Source: Phallusia mammillata (lineage: Eukaryota). From it: a DNA stretch of 64,000 bases. Position 1 is the first letter of the stretch. Each line of letters starts with the position of its first letter. Of this stretch, positions 36,787 through 49,660 are shown piece after piece. The DNA is taken from NCBI GenBank assembly GCA_965637545.1, contig OZ281499.1:8370001-8434000 (forward strand), given 5' to 3'. A program made the position numbers and the translations under genes. The notes beneath the pieces are model-generated. The model was not told the origin of the DNA. It was given only the letters and a program-made list of their open reading frames with translations, and made no database searches.

Positions 36787-39010
36787 TTACTGGCTGGCCC
36801 TGTTGTTTCGAATGTTGCGTAGAGTTAGAAGAACGGCACAAACCAATATCAACGCAGTGCCCAACATACTGTACCACGTTGTTTTCAAACCAAAAATGGC
36901 AAATTGCAATATAAATGCAAAAATAACTTGTGACATGTTGACAAGAGTCACAGGGCCAGCTTTCTCGTACTGTAGAGCCTTGACCATTAAAATTTGTGCC
37001 AAAGATGCGTTTATGCCATAAGCACCCATTAGCAAAATATCTTGAAGACAAGGCATTGAAAAGACACTGGTTGCAATAGCGTGGATAAAAACAGCAATAA
37101 ATCCAAAATTTGTGTAATAGAATGTAGACAGAGAGAAATGGACACCAAGGCCCAACTTTCGTATAATAATGTTAGTTGTTGCGATAAAGACAGCGGCCAC
37201 AAAGGCAACGACGATTCCCAGAGTCCTTTGTGTGGACACATGTGATGTTGAATATTCAAACAGAAAAGACGGCCTTGCTACTAGAACCACCCCTGCCATG
37301 GTGAAAAAAGAAAATATGACCTCCAGTTTTCCGCATGGCTCTGAAAATATGATTGGCGTTATATGTGTTGCATGAGATTTACTAATTTTTTAAAATAGGC
37401 TAAAAGATATGTGGTAATAAATCTCTAAACCGAAATATCAAACTAAATAGGAATGTCATATTACTCCAGGCTTATTGAAGGCGTTATACCAAAGTAAACA
37501 GGTCTTCCAAGCATTAGCACATATGAGAAGACATAAAAATGTAGCCCGCGTTGGTACTTGAAACAACGACAGGATCCTATTCTGGTTTTTACGAAAAAAA
37601 CTGAAGTTGCTTTACTATGTTCAGTTGTATACGGTATGTTACATCTTCAAGTTAAGTTTCGCATGACGAACTTGTCCACCATTTCCCCTGCTATGACGCT
37701 ACAATCGCTAAAATATGTGTAACAGTGAAATTGGAAGGCAATTGTCTGAGATTTATAATGATTGGTTCATTTACTGTACAACGTAGTCGAGTGAGGTGAC
37801 TTTATTACTGCATTAAGTAAATTCGTTTAAAGAGCATTTTAAAGACGAATCAGGCGTTAGTGGCGACTGACTTAATCTCCAAGTGAATGTTGTTTTCGGT
37901 GATTGTCGGTGAGTGTTTAATTTTGACTTAATTAAATTGATTTAAATTGGACCTAAATTAATTCATGATATTCACATGTGACTTATGGCATGCAGTATTT
38001 TTCTTTAGTGCTTGCAGCTTGCAACTGCTTGATACGTGTACTGTATTTGTTGATTTTTTTGTGCTTTGACATGTGTCAATAAGTTTCGTTTTCTTGCTGG
38101 TTAGAAAACCGTTCTCGTTCCTGTTTCCGTCCAAGTTTCGTTGATTATGTACGACGTTGTGGCTGTTGCCGCTTGTCGTTGTGGCTTATTACACGAGATT
38201 CGGCAAGTGTGATTTTCGTGGGAAAGGGAAGGGTGTGTTTTGAAATTTGGATCCTAAAAATTAACACTTACACAAACTGAAAAAAGTTGAACGATTGAAT
38301 TGAAAGAAATAGGCATGATTTAAAAAAGCGCTGAAAATATTTTGCTTGTGCAACAAGTGTAAGGTCGAGCTTTTTGCCAACAGTGACCCAGCAATTCGCT
38401 TATTCTCATCGTTTGGTGAATGTGGTTAAATCGAGAATTTGAAAATTTTGAAATGATCTAACTTTGTTTGAATACAGACTGAAATCTTTAGCATACCGGG
38501 ATTCATTTAATAAAATTCCATCGTTGCAACTGTACAACTGGGGCAGAAGGGCTGTGACATAAACAATCGAAAGAACAAATTACTGTTGATGGAAACAACT
38601 CTCTTAACAAAGCTCTTTAACATACCTTTAAGGCAGACAGAAGCAAAAATCCCCACAAGCGAGACGTACGTATACTGCACAGCAATGACGTCACCCAACG
38701 GCGCCAAACTCAGACTCACGATAATTGCCCAAGTGGCTAGGATTCCAAAAAGGGCGCGGCCAACCAACAGCAAGTTAGTAGATAAGTCAGCATGCACGAT
38801 GTTTTCCTTTCTATACGTAAGAAATGGCACCAACCAAAAATATTGTACACACAGCCTTGTCAGAAGGGTAAGGCTGCTGCTTGGGTGTGTAATGTACTTT
38901 AAGGCCAGGCCAGAGAGAGCTGAAAAAAATGCTGAGACAGATGAAAAAGCGAAGCCAATGTACGCCCGATGGGTATTCGATGAGTTGAGAGCTTCAAACG
39001 AGGTTTCCAT
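36787..39010 (-). CDS. SLC35G-family transporter, paralogue 2 (2 exons, 312 aa)
   Basis: Exons 39010-38626 and 37340-36787, same phase-1 intron after LKG. Motifs LAPLGDV, LVARPSFLF, ALQYEKAGPVTLV. Confidence 0.92.
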
Positions 39011-39932
39011 CTTCTTTCTGTTGCCGTTGGTTTTCGCTTGACTTAAGTATCAATTGCTTCATGCAAACTACAATTGAAGGCTTATCTTCTGACCTGGTTT
39101 CGTAAAGTATGCCTGAATGCAGCCATTTTTATTCACGCACATAATCGGTGTTCAGATTTGTAACGGTGACTAAAAAACATCTCTTCAAACTTCTAAAAAC
39201 CATGTGAGAACGACGTACGTGACTGTCGGTTTGTTATGTCTAGCTGCACGCATAGATGGATAGGTGTTTTTCATGTGTCAGAGAGATCAGGAAGTTGTGA
39301 CGAGAACATTTTGACAGACAGGGGAATATAGACTTTCCCTAAACGATAATGTAAAGCAGGGCAACTCTATATCTCTGTTTGCATGTAACGCTAGGAAGCC
39401 TTATCGGTTAGTAGAAAACATTTTCCCTTTGGCCTTGCTCCTTCAATTTATAAATGTCACAACTTGAGTGCTGACGTACCTTCACAACTCCTGCACTTTT
39501 AATAACTAACTTGCATGTGTAAATAAGTTGGTTAGTTATTGAAAGTAAATAGAAGTTCTTAAATAAGAAAGTTCTACTATTGCGAATTAAACAACATTAT
39601 AACTTTCTGAATAATAAAGCTGGAAAGTTAAGTCAGAATGTTGACTGGAAACCCACTTCTTGCTGATGCTTTCTATGTTAATCTACAAGCACAATGTGCG
39701 GAAGACGGTACAGACATAGCTGAAAGTCATTGTTATGCATATATGCTCAAGGATAAACAAACACAAGCGACAATGGCACGTACACAGGCTTTCCGAAGAA
39801 AAGGCTGATGCCGCAAAATCGCTAAACCACAATAATGCCTTCTCTCCTGTTTGGTTGAAACGCAATAACACGATAAAAGCCACAAACCTGCTGGACCTTG
39901 TAACAAGTGCACATTGTGCTTTACAGTATTGT

Positions 39933-40789
39933 TTAACTGTATTTGATATTGCGGATTGTAAGAATAACGCCACAGGTCAATATCAACCCAGCGCCTAACA
40001 AACTATGCCAGGTGGTGTCTGTTCCTATGAAAGCAAACTGTAAAATAAACGCAAAAATCACTTGTGACATATATACGAGGGTTACCGGGCCTGCGTCTTC
40101 GCGTTGCAGCGCCATTATTATTAGAATTTGAGCTAAAAACGCAGTAAGGCTGTAAGCGATAATAAATAGCAAATCCTGCACACAGGGTAAATGAAAACCC
40201 TCACTCACGCCCATGTAAATAACAACAGCAACAATTGACATCCAGGTTAAATAAAATATAGATAGGGAGTAATGTACACTGCGGCCGATTTTTCGCACAA
40301 TAACTGTTGTTATTGCAGCACTGACACCTGATCCAAACGAAGTTAATATTCCCATGGTTCTTTGTAGAGAGCTGAAATCGAAGCTTTGATGAAACAGAAA
40401 TGGCGGACGTGCTATCAGAACCAAACCGATTAGATTCAGAACAGATAATATAACCTCCAGTAACCCACAGCGTTCTGAAACGGTTAAGACGAGATAATGC
40501 ATTTTAAAATTAGGTACATTTTTTTACCCTTCTTACCTTTGAGAAAAATGCACGCCAAAAAGCATACCAGTACGACGTAGCAATAGTGTACGGCAAAGAC
40601 ATCCCCCAGAGGTGCTAAAGTTAGGCTAAAAAGCAGCAACCACACTCTCACAAGACTAAAAATTGTTTGTCTCAACAGTAATAGATTGGTTTTGAGGTCT
40701 GTCGCAATAAAACCTTCGTTTCTGTAAGTTAGGTAAGGACCAGGCAAAGAAATTGCACACACATTCTCATAAGAATCGTCATATTTGTG
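39933..40789 (-). pseudogene. SLC35G-family paralogue 3, pseudogene (5' deletion plus frameshift)
   Basis: Exon 2 (40474-39933) is intact and the 62-bp intron is GT-AG. Similarity of exon 1 to paralogue 4 stops at 40789, removing the ATG and about the first 43 codons. A 1-nt deletion near 40739 (CTG GTC CTT ACC TAA versus CTG GTT CCT CAT CTA in paralogue 4) shifts the frame. Confidence 0.85.
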
Positions 40790-42382
40790 AAAAATGCTGA
40801 GTCGGCAATTTGCAGGAATTCGACCACTCTGCAACTCTGTTGCGCCACTTATCGGAAATTCCCAAACCTGGCTACTGTGAGTTCGTACGTTAGTAGCTCT
40901 ACCAGGGTTGGTAAGGTACCTGGTCTTTGTGGTAATTATTAACTTCTGTTCGGTAACAAAATAAATTCAATGGCGCCGTTTAAGCAAGGCTTGCATACCT
41001 TACTCATATAATTCTTTTAATATTATTGTCCCTGTAAAGAAATGTCCTTATTGTCTAGGGAACTAAGCTTTAGACGAAATTGCTTGTTTTAGTCCTACTT
41101 ATTCTTCTCAACTCCCTTAACTTATCGCTTACGGTAAAAAAAATGCCTTTTAAGAATCGATTACAAAGAGTTGTGTATAGTGCTAGTGTGTACATAATGC
41201 TCCCTTAAGTAAACAGACACATGTGTCCTGCAAGTCAGGGGTGTCCAAACTTTTTCAAATTGCGGTCAGTTTTTATCAGTCAGGACGCTCGCGGGCCAAC
41301 GTTGTATTTGCGCAGTTTTTGACAGTAGAATGAAACACAAATATATTGGATTTTACAGAAATTGTTGCGTTTTGTGGTTTCACGAGCATGATTACTTTCT
41401 TTTACGGGTAAATAAAGTTTTACAGAAAACTTTTGCGTGAAGTCACAAGTCACTACAACCCCAAAATATAATCCAAACTATGATGGACCATATGAGGTAC
41501 CTGAAGGTATATAGGCCCGGAAGGTAATAAGTCCCACTGCTTATAAGTTATTTTATATACACAAGAAAAAATGCTTCCGTTTTGATGTAATTTGAACATA
41601 TACGTACTTACAATGATTTACAAAGTTTTGTACCTGCAACTTGTGTGTAGCCTAATAGTTTTTACGACCAATCCAAATTTAAAAGTGTTCGTTTTCAACT
41701 TTTTATAACTTTATGAAGAATTTGGTAACAAAAATGGAAAGGTTGTGTTGCCGAAATGAAAACTTATTAAGATATATTAGTAATGGGGTCATTTTAGTTC
41801 AATTGAAGCATTATTACATCTGAAAAATGAATTACTTTAAATGAATTTTATACCGGTTTTGTTTCTCAGCCTGAGCTTGCAATAAGGCGCAACAGTTTTT
41901 TGTCATTTTTGAAAGTGACTTTTATAGTAAACGCGACTGATATGCACAAAATTTGCTTTTTTTGCTTTTTTAGGGAGATGAAAATCCTAATAAGAAGTTT
42001 GTGGAATGTATTCTTAAAATATGTTAAAAAAATTTTCAGTTTTTTTGGTTATCGACTGTCAGTGGTCGATTTTTTCTTGTTGTTAGTAAATTTAGATTAA
42101 CATTTTGTTATATGTCTTAGTTAACAGTATCAGTGTTATATACGTTAATAACGTTGCACTTCCTGCTAGTGGTTCCTGTGTTAATCAGCAAGCACAATGT
42201 GCGGAAGACAGTACAGAAATAGCTGAAAGTTATTGTTATGCATATATGCTCAAGGCTAAACAAACACAAGCGACAAATGCACGTATATAGGCTTCCCGAG
42301 GAAAAGGCTGATGCTGCAAAATCGCTAAACCACAATAATGCCTTCTCTCCTGTTCGGTTGAAACGCAATAACACGATAAAAG

Positions 42383-42677
42383 CAGTGGTGTGATTCAGCC
42401 GGTTCGCACCGGTTCTATAGAACCGTTTTCTCGAAATTTTATTAGATCAGCAAACCGGTTAGCATTGCTGACTACTGGCAATGGATTTGGGATAAATGTT
42501 GAGGTTAGAGCATAAAACACAACAATCATAACCTATAGACGGAAAATACCACAAGCTATCGAAATTTTATTCCATTCAGATATTGTTTAAACGTTCACCC
42601 ATTATAGGAGGCTACTTGGGTGAAAAATATGATTTTTGTGATAGAACCGGCTGGCAAAAATTTGAATCCCTCCACTG
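42383..42677. mobile_element. hAT MITE (295 bp) in the 3' region of SLC35G paralogue 4
   Basis: TIRs CAGTGGTGTGATTCA / TGAATCCCTCCACTG; perfect TSD GATAAAAG. The paralogous site behind paralogue 3 (about 39872-39879) has a single GATAAAAG. Confidence 0.92.
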
Positions 42678-42738
42678 GATAAAAGCCACAAAACTGCTTG
42701 ACTTTGTAACAAGTACACATTGTGCGTTACATTATTGT

Positions 42739-44070
42739 TTAACCGTATTTAATATTTCGAATTGTAAGAATAACGCCACATGCCAATATCAACGCAGCGC
42801 CTAACAAACTATGCCAGGTGGTGTCTGTTCCCATAAAAGCAAACTGTAAAATAAACGCAAAAATCACTTCTGACATATGTACGAGGGTTACCGGGCCTGC
42901 GTCTTCGCGTTGCAGCGCCATTATCATTAGAATTTGAGCTAAAAACGCAGTAAGGCTGTAAGCGACAATAAATAGCAAATCCTGCAGACAGGGTAAGTGA
43001 AAACCCACGCTCACGCCCATGTAAATAACAACGGCAACAATTGACATCCAGGTAAAATAAAAAATAGATAGGGAGTAGTGTACACTGTGGCCGATTTTTC
43101 GCAAAATAACGATGGATATTGAGGCACAGACACCTGATCCAAACGCCATTAATATTCCCATGGTTCTTTTTAAAGAACTGATATTGGAGCTTTGATGAAA
43201 CAGAAATGACGGACGTGCTATCAGAACCAAACCGATTAGATTCAGAACAGATAGTATAACCTCCAGTAACCCACAGCGTTCTGAAACAGTTAAAACCAGA
43301 TGTTGCAGTTAAAAGTTAGGTTTAGTTAAAACCGGCAATGCTGTACATTTTTGTTCGTGCATGACAGTTCCGCTTAATCGAATCTATAACATGGTATAGA
43401 CCAGTGACTCCCAACCTTTCTCGAAAATTTCTCCGTAAACATTTTGGAACATTTTCATTCCTCCCGAATATACTGCATAGTGATTGTTAAACAATACAAA
43501 TAAGATTATTTGAAATTAGGTCTTTGGTCAACTTCACAGGTCAAATTCCCAGAGCTTAAAGGTATATTTGCAAAACACATGCAAATCAAAGTAAGTTCCT
43601 CCCTCAAAATGAAAAAATCTTTTTTTGGGAGGAGTTTTTCCCCGATTGAGAACCACATATTCTTACAGTGTTTTTCACTTCTTACCTTTGAGAAAAACGC
43701 ACGCCAAAAAGCATACGAATATGACGTAGCAATAGTGTACGGCGAAGACATCCCCTAGAGGCGCTGAAGTGAGGCTAAAAAGCAGCAGCCACATTGTCAA
43801 GAGACTAAAGAAAGTTCGCCCGAGCAGCAATATATTGATTTTGAGATCTGTCGAAATGAAACCTTCCCTTCTGTACGTTAGATGAGGAACCAGACAGATA
43901 AACTGTATACACATTCTTATAAGGATTGTCATATTTGTGTCTTGGTTTCCAATAAACTTGATTACGAGACCAGACAGCGCTAAGAAGAAAGCAGACACTA
44001 AAGATAAGGCCAGTCCAATGTACGCTTGATAACCACGTGGATGGACGACGTTTTCGTCCGAAGAACTCAT
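42739..44070 (-). CDS. SLC35G-family transporter, paralogue 4 (2 exons, 308 aa)
   Basis: Exons 44070-43686 and 43280-42739, phase-1 intron after LKG; no stops or shifts. Confidence 0.92.
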
Positions 44071-44558
44071 TTTGATTTCGGAGAGATTTTGTGACAGTTA
44101 CTACAGATAAAGCACACGTAACTGCAAATACCCTTGTTTGCACAGTACTATAGTATCTGAAACTTAGAACAGTTTATAATTCAGAGAATTTATACAAGGT
44201 GGTTACTCATCGTTGGAATCAAGTACCAATGTACTTTCTATGCGTTGAATTAACTTTAAACAAACTTTACTATAGACTTCTTGATTAATAAAATACAAGT
44301 ACAAAATATTAACTGCAGCCCTAGTTCGTCACATTTAAGCTAGAATAGCTCTTTCACCATGTCACCACTCACATTACTTCCTTAATGCATATAGCTTTTA
44401 TATTTATCCACATCAACAATTTTGCACTGTAAAAAACACATTAAACGCGTAGGTCAAACATTTACAGTATGGTTATGTATAGGGTTGGTACCTGGTCTCT
44501 GTGGTAATTATTAACTTCTCTTCGGTGACAATATAAATCCAATAATATTGTTTTAAAG

Positions 44559-45025
44559 CAGTGGTTCCCAACCTTTTTGTAGTCCCGCTCCCTTGAATAT
44601 ATGTTATAAGACCGCGGACCCCCTAAGTAATTTATCCTTGTTATGTTTTTCGTTTCCTGCATTATACTTTCGCTTTTGGGGGCAGAATTTTAATTAACAT
44701 TCACAGTCTATAAATTCAATAGCAGTCAATGCAACAAAGAAATACAGTTTCTGGTGTACATTACCTGAAACAAAGCACTACACACTATAAGTTACATTGT
44801 TGATGTGTGTTGTAATGAAACAATGGAGGTAACAATCATACAAAAAGTAAGTTAAATATAGGTTGATTAACAGTTTGCACTTGTAAGCAGGATTGTAAAA
44901 ACGGTCTGTAAACTTTAAAATATTGTACTCTTGGTTAATGGTACTAAGAATGTTTGCCTTCACGGACCCCCTAAAACCATCTCACGGACCTTGGGGGTCC
45001 GCGAACCCCAGGTTGGGAACCACTG
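44559..45025. mobile_element. hAT MITE (467 bp) upstream of SLC35G paralogue 4
   Basis: TIRs CAGTGGTTCCCAACC / GGTTGGGAACCACTG; TSD TTTTAAAG / GTTTAAAG. Absent at the paralogous site near 40978-40985. Confidence 0.9.
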
Positions 45026-46179
45026 GTTTAAAGGAAGGGCTTCCAACCTTCCTTATAGGATTTTTAAATGTATTTGTCCCTTTCAAGATGTGTCCTTGTT
45101 GTCTCGGGAACTAAGCTTTAGACACAATTGCTTGTTGCAGTCTTTCTTATTCTTCTTAACTCCCTTTATTTATTTTAGGCTTCAGGTGAAAAAACGCCTT
45201 GAGGCCTCATTACATATAAACTAGATAGAACTATAAAGCACTTTTCTGTACCTAAATCTGAAGTAAAATAGAGACATGTGTCCTGTGGTATAACCTAAGT
45301 CCATGTCATAGTATTTTGTGACTCGATGCAAGTCCGAGTCATAATAATTCATGACTGTAACTCTAAATATATGCATAAATATTTATATCAAGAGTCATAA
45401 TGGTGTAGAGTCGGGTCATGATTCGATTCAAACCCGAGTTTTCTAATTTGCGATGCGAGTTAAGTGTAAATCTTAATACGTTGTGACCCGAGTCAAGGCA
45501 TCCCAGACACGTCTCAAGTCAATATCCAATTAAGATCAAGAAATGCTTTATAAACGATCATTAAAATTTTGCTCCAGTTGCTCGCCTTCACAACCTAAGC
45601 AATAGGTGGTACAATCATATATTGGATAAACTGCGTCGTAACAAGGTAAACTTCTTTTCGATTTGTGGTAACTGGCCTCAGTCGGCAAACACACAGTCAC
45701 ACAGCCTTAAACGTGTTTCAAAGACTACTCTTTAATATTCAATAATTTTAATGGTAAAAATAACGGCCCAAATAGACGTAAAAAGCCACATGCTTTATTG
45801 TTCAATATTCAATAAGTTTGGCAGACCCGAGTTTTAAAAAACACAATATCGAAAGCAGCAATCGTTTAAATGAAACACAGCGACTGATTTAGTGGGTTAA
45901 CAAAAAAATAGTCTTAATTAATGACACATCATCGCAGTCTGTTGATTTACGTGCAAAAAGATTTCAATGATAAGGAAAAATTACCTACATACCTAAATGA
46001 GGAATACATGTTGCTCTTATATGTGCCAATACATTTAAAGTTCTACTATGCGCAAGTAGACATCGGACCTCAGGAACTTGATCTTATTTATATTGACTAG
46101 ATGCTAGTCACTAGCATATATAAGCTTTGACTAATTGTGAATATAAAAACGATTCGTTTCATTAAAATCGTCTTTTAAT

Positions 46180-47918
46180 TTATTGCCCGCTTTCGCGAAT
46201 TTTTCTGGCGGTCAGACACACCGAGCATCCGAAAATTAAAATGGATCCGATGAGACTGGTAATCGGCGCTGAATACTGGAGAAAAATAAATTCAAGAACA
46301 ATAGCGAAAATAATCTGTGTGGAGTGAACTATTGCCAATGGTCCTGCCTTTTCCTTTTGGAGTGCAAGAGTTATAAATACATGAGCCATAAGGGCAGCTG
46401 CGGCTGACGACGCAGGGAAATGAGATTGCGAATGCATGGAATACGTAAAGGCTCATTAGCTGTGGCAAATACCAGGGACAAAATGATCCCTATCCAAGAG
46501 TAGTGAAATTGAGAAACGGATATGTGAACGGATGGGCCAAGTTTTCGAAGCAAAATATACATAAGCGCTGTAAGAATAGCTGAGGCAAGAGCTAAGAAAA
46601 TTCCCTTGATGTGGAGAACTTGATTTTCAACGCCGCTTCCAAACAGGTAAGACGGTCTTGCCACAAGAACAAGGCCAACCAAGGTGAGGATCGAAAATAA
46701 GCCTTCCATCCACGTACAGCGCTCTAAACAGGAACATAAACAACACTTGGATTTGAAAACTTACTGACTATCTGGCGTATTGTTGATGTATTAATAAACA
46801 CACTTTTTGCCTGAAAAATTAGAATCGCATTCTTATTTCTCAACCTGGGTATCGTCGAACACTCATTAGGTCTTTACTAAAGATAATTTTATCCAAATCA
46901 CTAACATTTTATTCATTTAGGTTGAAAATAACAAAAGGATGAAGGTTGACAGAAAACCGGCGTAATCACAAGGTTTACCGGTTGATCCAATGGGAAAATG
47001 CTGACAGTGCTCGCGTGTTTGGAAAATCCATAAAAGAAATATTAAAGTAAACAGTGTTGAGAAAGCAGAGGGGTAACCTATTTCAAGCTTTAGTAAAGCT
47101 GTTTCAAAACTATGGTCCGCGAAACAATTTTCTAGGGACCAGCAAGAGATTACGGACTTACTACAATCTTATTTAGAGTCATATTGCTACTCTGATTGTA
47201 AAATTGCAACCGTGTCGTTGCCGAAATACTTTCGTAAAAAGTAAAATAACTTTCAGCTTTAAGTCATGCTTTTATATTTTAATGTGTGCTTTTAGACCAA
47301 ATACCGTCAGGGGCCGGATGAAATGGTGTAGTTTGGTGACACATGCCTTAAGTTTAGGTCAGAATGGTTAAAGGTTTGTATACATAATGTACAATGCAAG
47401 AAGTAAAATAATCCAAATCTCATTTGACAGCTTTTATAACGAGAAGTTGTACTTGCAATCTTTGCTTTAAAAACTGTTGCGATGAATATGCATAGACAAC
47501 AAACACACTTACCTCTAAGGCAGATACAAGAAAAAATTCCGACAAGCACCACATTCGTGTGCAAGATGGAAACAGAATCGCCCAGGGGAACGTACAAAAC
47601 ACTGTAGTTGCTTGCCCAGTTTGCAACGATAGCTGCAATACAGGAACTGAAGAGGAAAAAGTTTTCTGCAATATTTCGACCAAAGACGGGTCGCTTAGAG
47701 TAATGCATTACAGGCAACGTGATGAAATACTGCAGTACAGAACGCATGAGTTGCATTTCTTCAGCGGTTGCATCCATGTATTTAACTAGTAACAACGACG
47801 TTGCTCCACTGATAGCTGATAGAAGGGCATAGACAAAACCAATCATATTTTTGCATCTTCCTAGCCGTGCTATAAGTCTGTGATAAAGTTTGACTTCGTC
47901 TTCTTCAAATGAACTCAT
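46180..47918 (-). pseudogene. SLC35G-family paralogue 5 with a single -1 frameshift (pseudogene, null allele or assembly error); 316 aa if corrected
   Basis: Exons 47918-47513 and 46723-46180 with the shared intron after LRG. The frame switches at 46415-46420 between ...IPCIRNLI and PASSAAAALMAHVFITLALQKEKAGP; no other lesion seen. Confidence 0.7.
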
Positions 47919-49547
47919 ATTCCAATTTTGAATTGAGAAGCAAACTTTACGTTCTATTTGACAAGCAGAGTCCAAATCAGCCCATAGTCTACAAGCATAG
48001 CTCCCCTGTACAAATTTACGATTTAAATTATTTTGCAAAGATACAATAGCTAGATCTTGGGTCGTTAAAACCAACAGAAGCGGGTTAGCCTTCTTGCAGT
48101 CTGTTACTGATAAAAGTAAAAAGGCGACGGCAAAAACGCTCAAGCAATAAGCATCAGAATAAGACGCTAATGAACACTACTTCCAGTAAGACGCCTTTTG
48201 TAAAAACGTGACGAAACAGTCCATATGTGTCGCCTTTTTCCCCTTGTTTTACGCTTTACAGTTTTAGACAACAAATTTTAAGATAGCTGGCCAAAAAAAG
48301 CTTATCTTAACTGGAAGTAATGCTTTTTTCAAGATCATAACTCAGGTCTAGGATCTATTGCTGAAGTTGTAACAATATAAGCAAAAATAGCTTGTATTAA
48401 TGGTTACTCTTTCCTAATATTTCGTGTCACAGGAACTTTTCAAAAGCGAATTGTGTATGAGAGCAAAAGTTCAACTGTGTTACATTATCATTATTGAACA
48501 ACTCGCGTACTCATGCAGATTGCATCTAATGACTCTAATCCTTTTCTCACCAGGACAGCACGCTGGAACTTATAAACACACCAAATTGCAGGATACTGAA
48601 GAACATAGGCTAAGTTACATCCGTGTACAACCAGATTTTACCTTGTTGGCTTATAGCTAGTACCGGTAAACACAAGATACTTGACGCCGTATTTACATGT
48701 AGCACTTGCAGCAAACAAGCTAAACCATTGGATTCCAACGCTACAATTGCTAATGTTTCTGTTTACATTTTGTTTTTAGTAATCGCTCATTCTCACTTCC
48801 CTTTTCGAATTAGTCACACACGATATGCAGTGGAAAAAAACATTTGTTTTGTCAGATACAAATTGGGATCTGCTTCATACTTAGCTGAGTTAACAATACC
48901 TAAAAGTGACAATACACCGCTCTCATTTCTCTGCGTTTGAGGGTAAGTCCTTATTTACCTTGGCTCCGGAATATTTTGTTTAGGTGTTAAAATATCTAGG
49001 GAAAATTCAATTACATGGTTGTTTATTTTGTTCAAATGCAATCATCTGAGCAAATGCCAATATGACCCCTAACCACGGCTATGGAAATTGAATAAAGCAA
49101 GTTTGCAAAGTAAATGCATGTAACCACATTTGGAATAATAGAGGCGAAAATTATCTTGTTTCAGGTGATTTACTGCTAAATTCGCAATAATTTTTGAACA
49201 ATTATATTGCACTGTATTGAAGGTTACACTTTTTTAACATTTCGGTTATTGACTCTTTAAAAGCGAGTGCATACAGCAGCAAAGACTGCGTCAGTTTAGT
49301 TTCACCGCTGACGCTGCGCACCGACGAAAATAACAGTTACACACACTGGTAGTTATAAAGAACGTGGATTAATCACAACCATTCAACAGCGTTTTTCAAA
49401 CGGGGGTCATCGGTCTTTTAAGGATCCGCCACTTGATTTGAGGGACCGTAAGGAGCTTGAAGTATTTCTACAATCTTATGTAATTTCAGTTCTTGGCAAG
49501 ATCATCTTGCGGATTCCTCAGACGCCAAGTCTGATTATTCAACCACC

Positions 49548-49660
49548 AGGGCAGGAACTTGGCCGAATCGTCTGGCGCGCCTGACCCACATACAGACATA
49601 AAAAACCTTAATCGGGATTCTTCCCCGGGAGTGTCCTGGGTTCGAACCCCTTGAAAAAAT
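49548..49660 (+). mobile_element. tRNA-derived SINE-like copy 2 (duplicated at 54537-54649)
   Basis: GGCAGGAACTTGGCCGAATCGTCTGGCGCGCCTGAC ... GGGTTCGAACCCC followed by an A-rich tail. Confidence 0.65.

Noticed and set aside
39735-39998. Antisense ORF partly shared by the 3' regions of SLC35G-3 and -4
   Set aside because: Similarity is explained by the recent duplication; the frame is interrupted by a MITE in one copy and has no protein-like features.
47307-48143. 278-aa ORF as a single-exon gene
   Set aside because: It starts at TTG and reads through the GTAAGT donor at 47512 into the intron; the coding part is 47918-47513.
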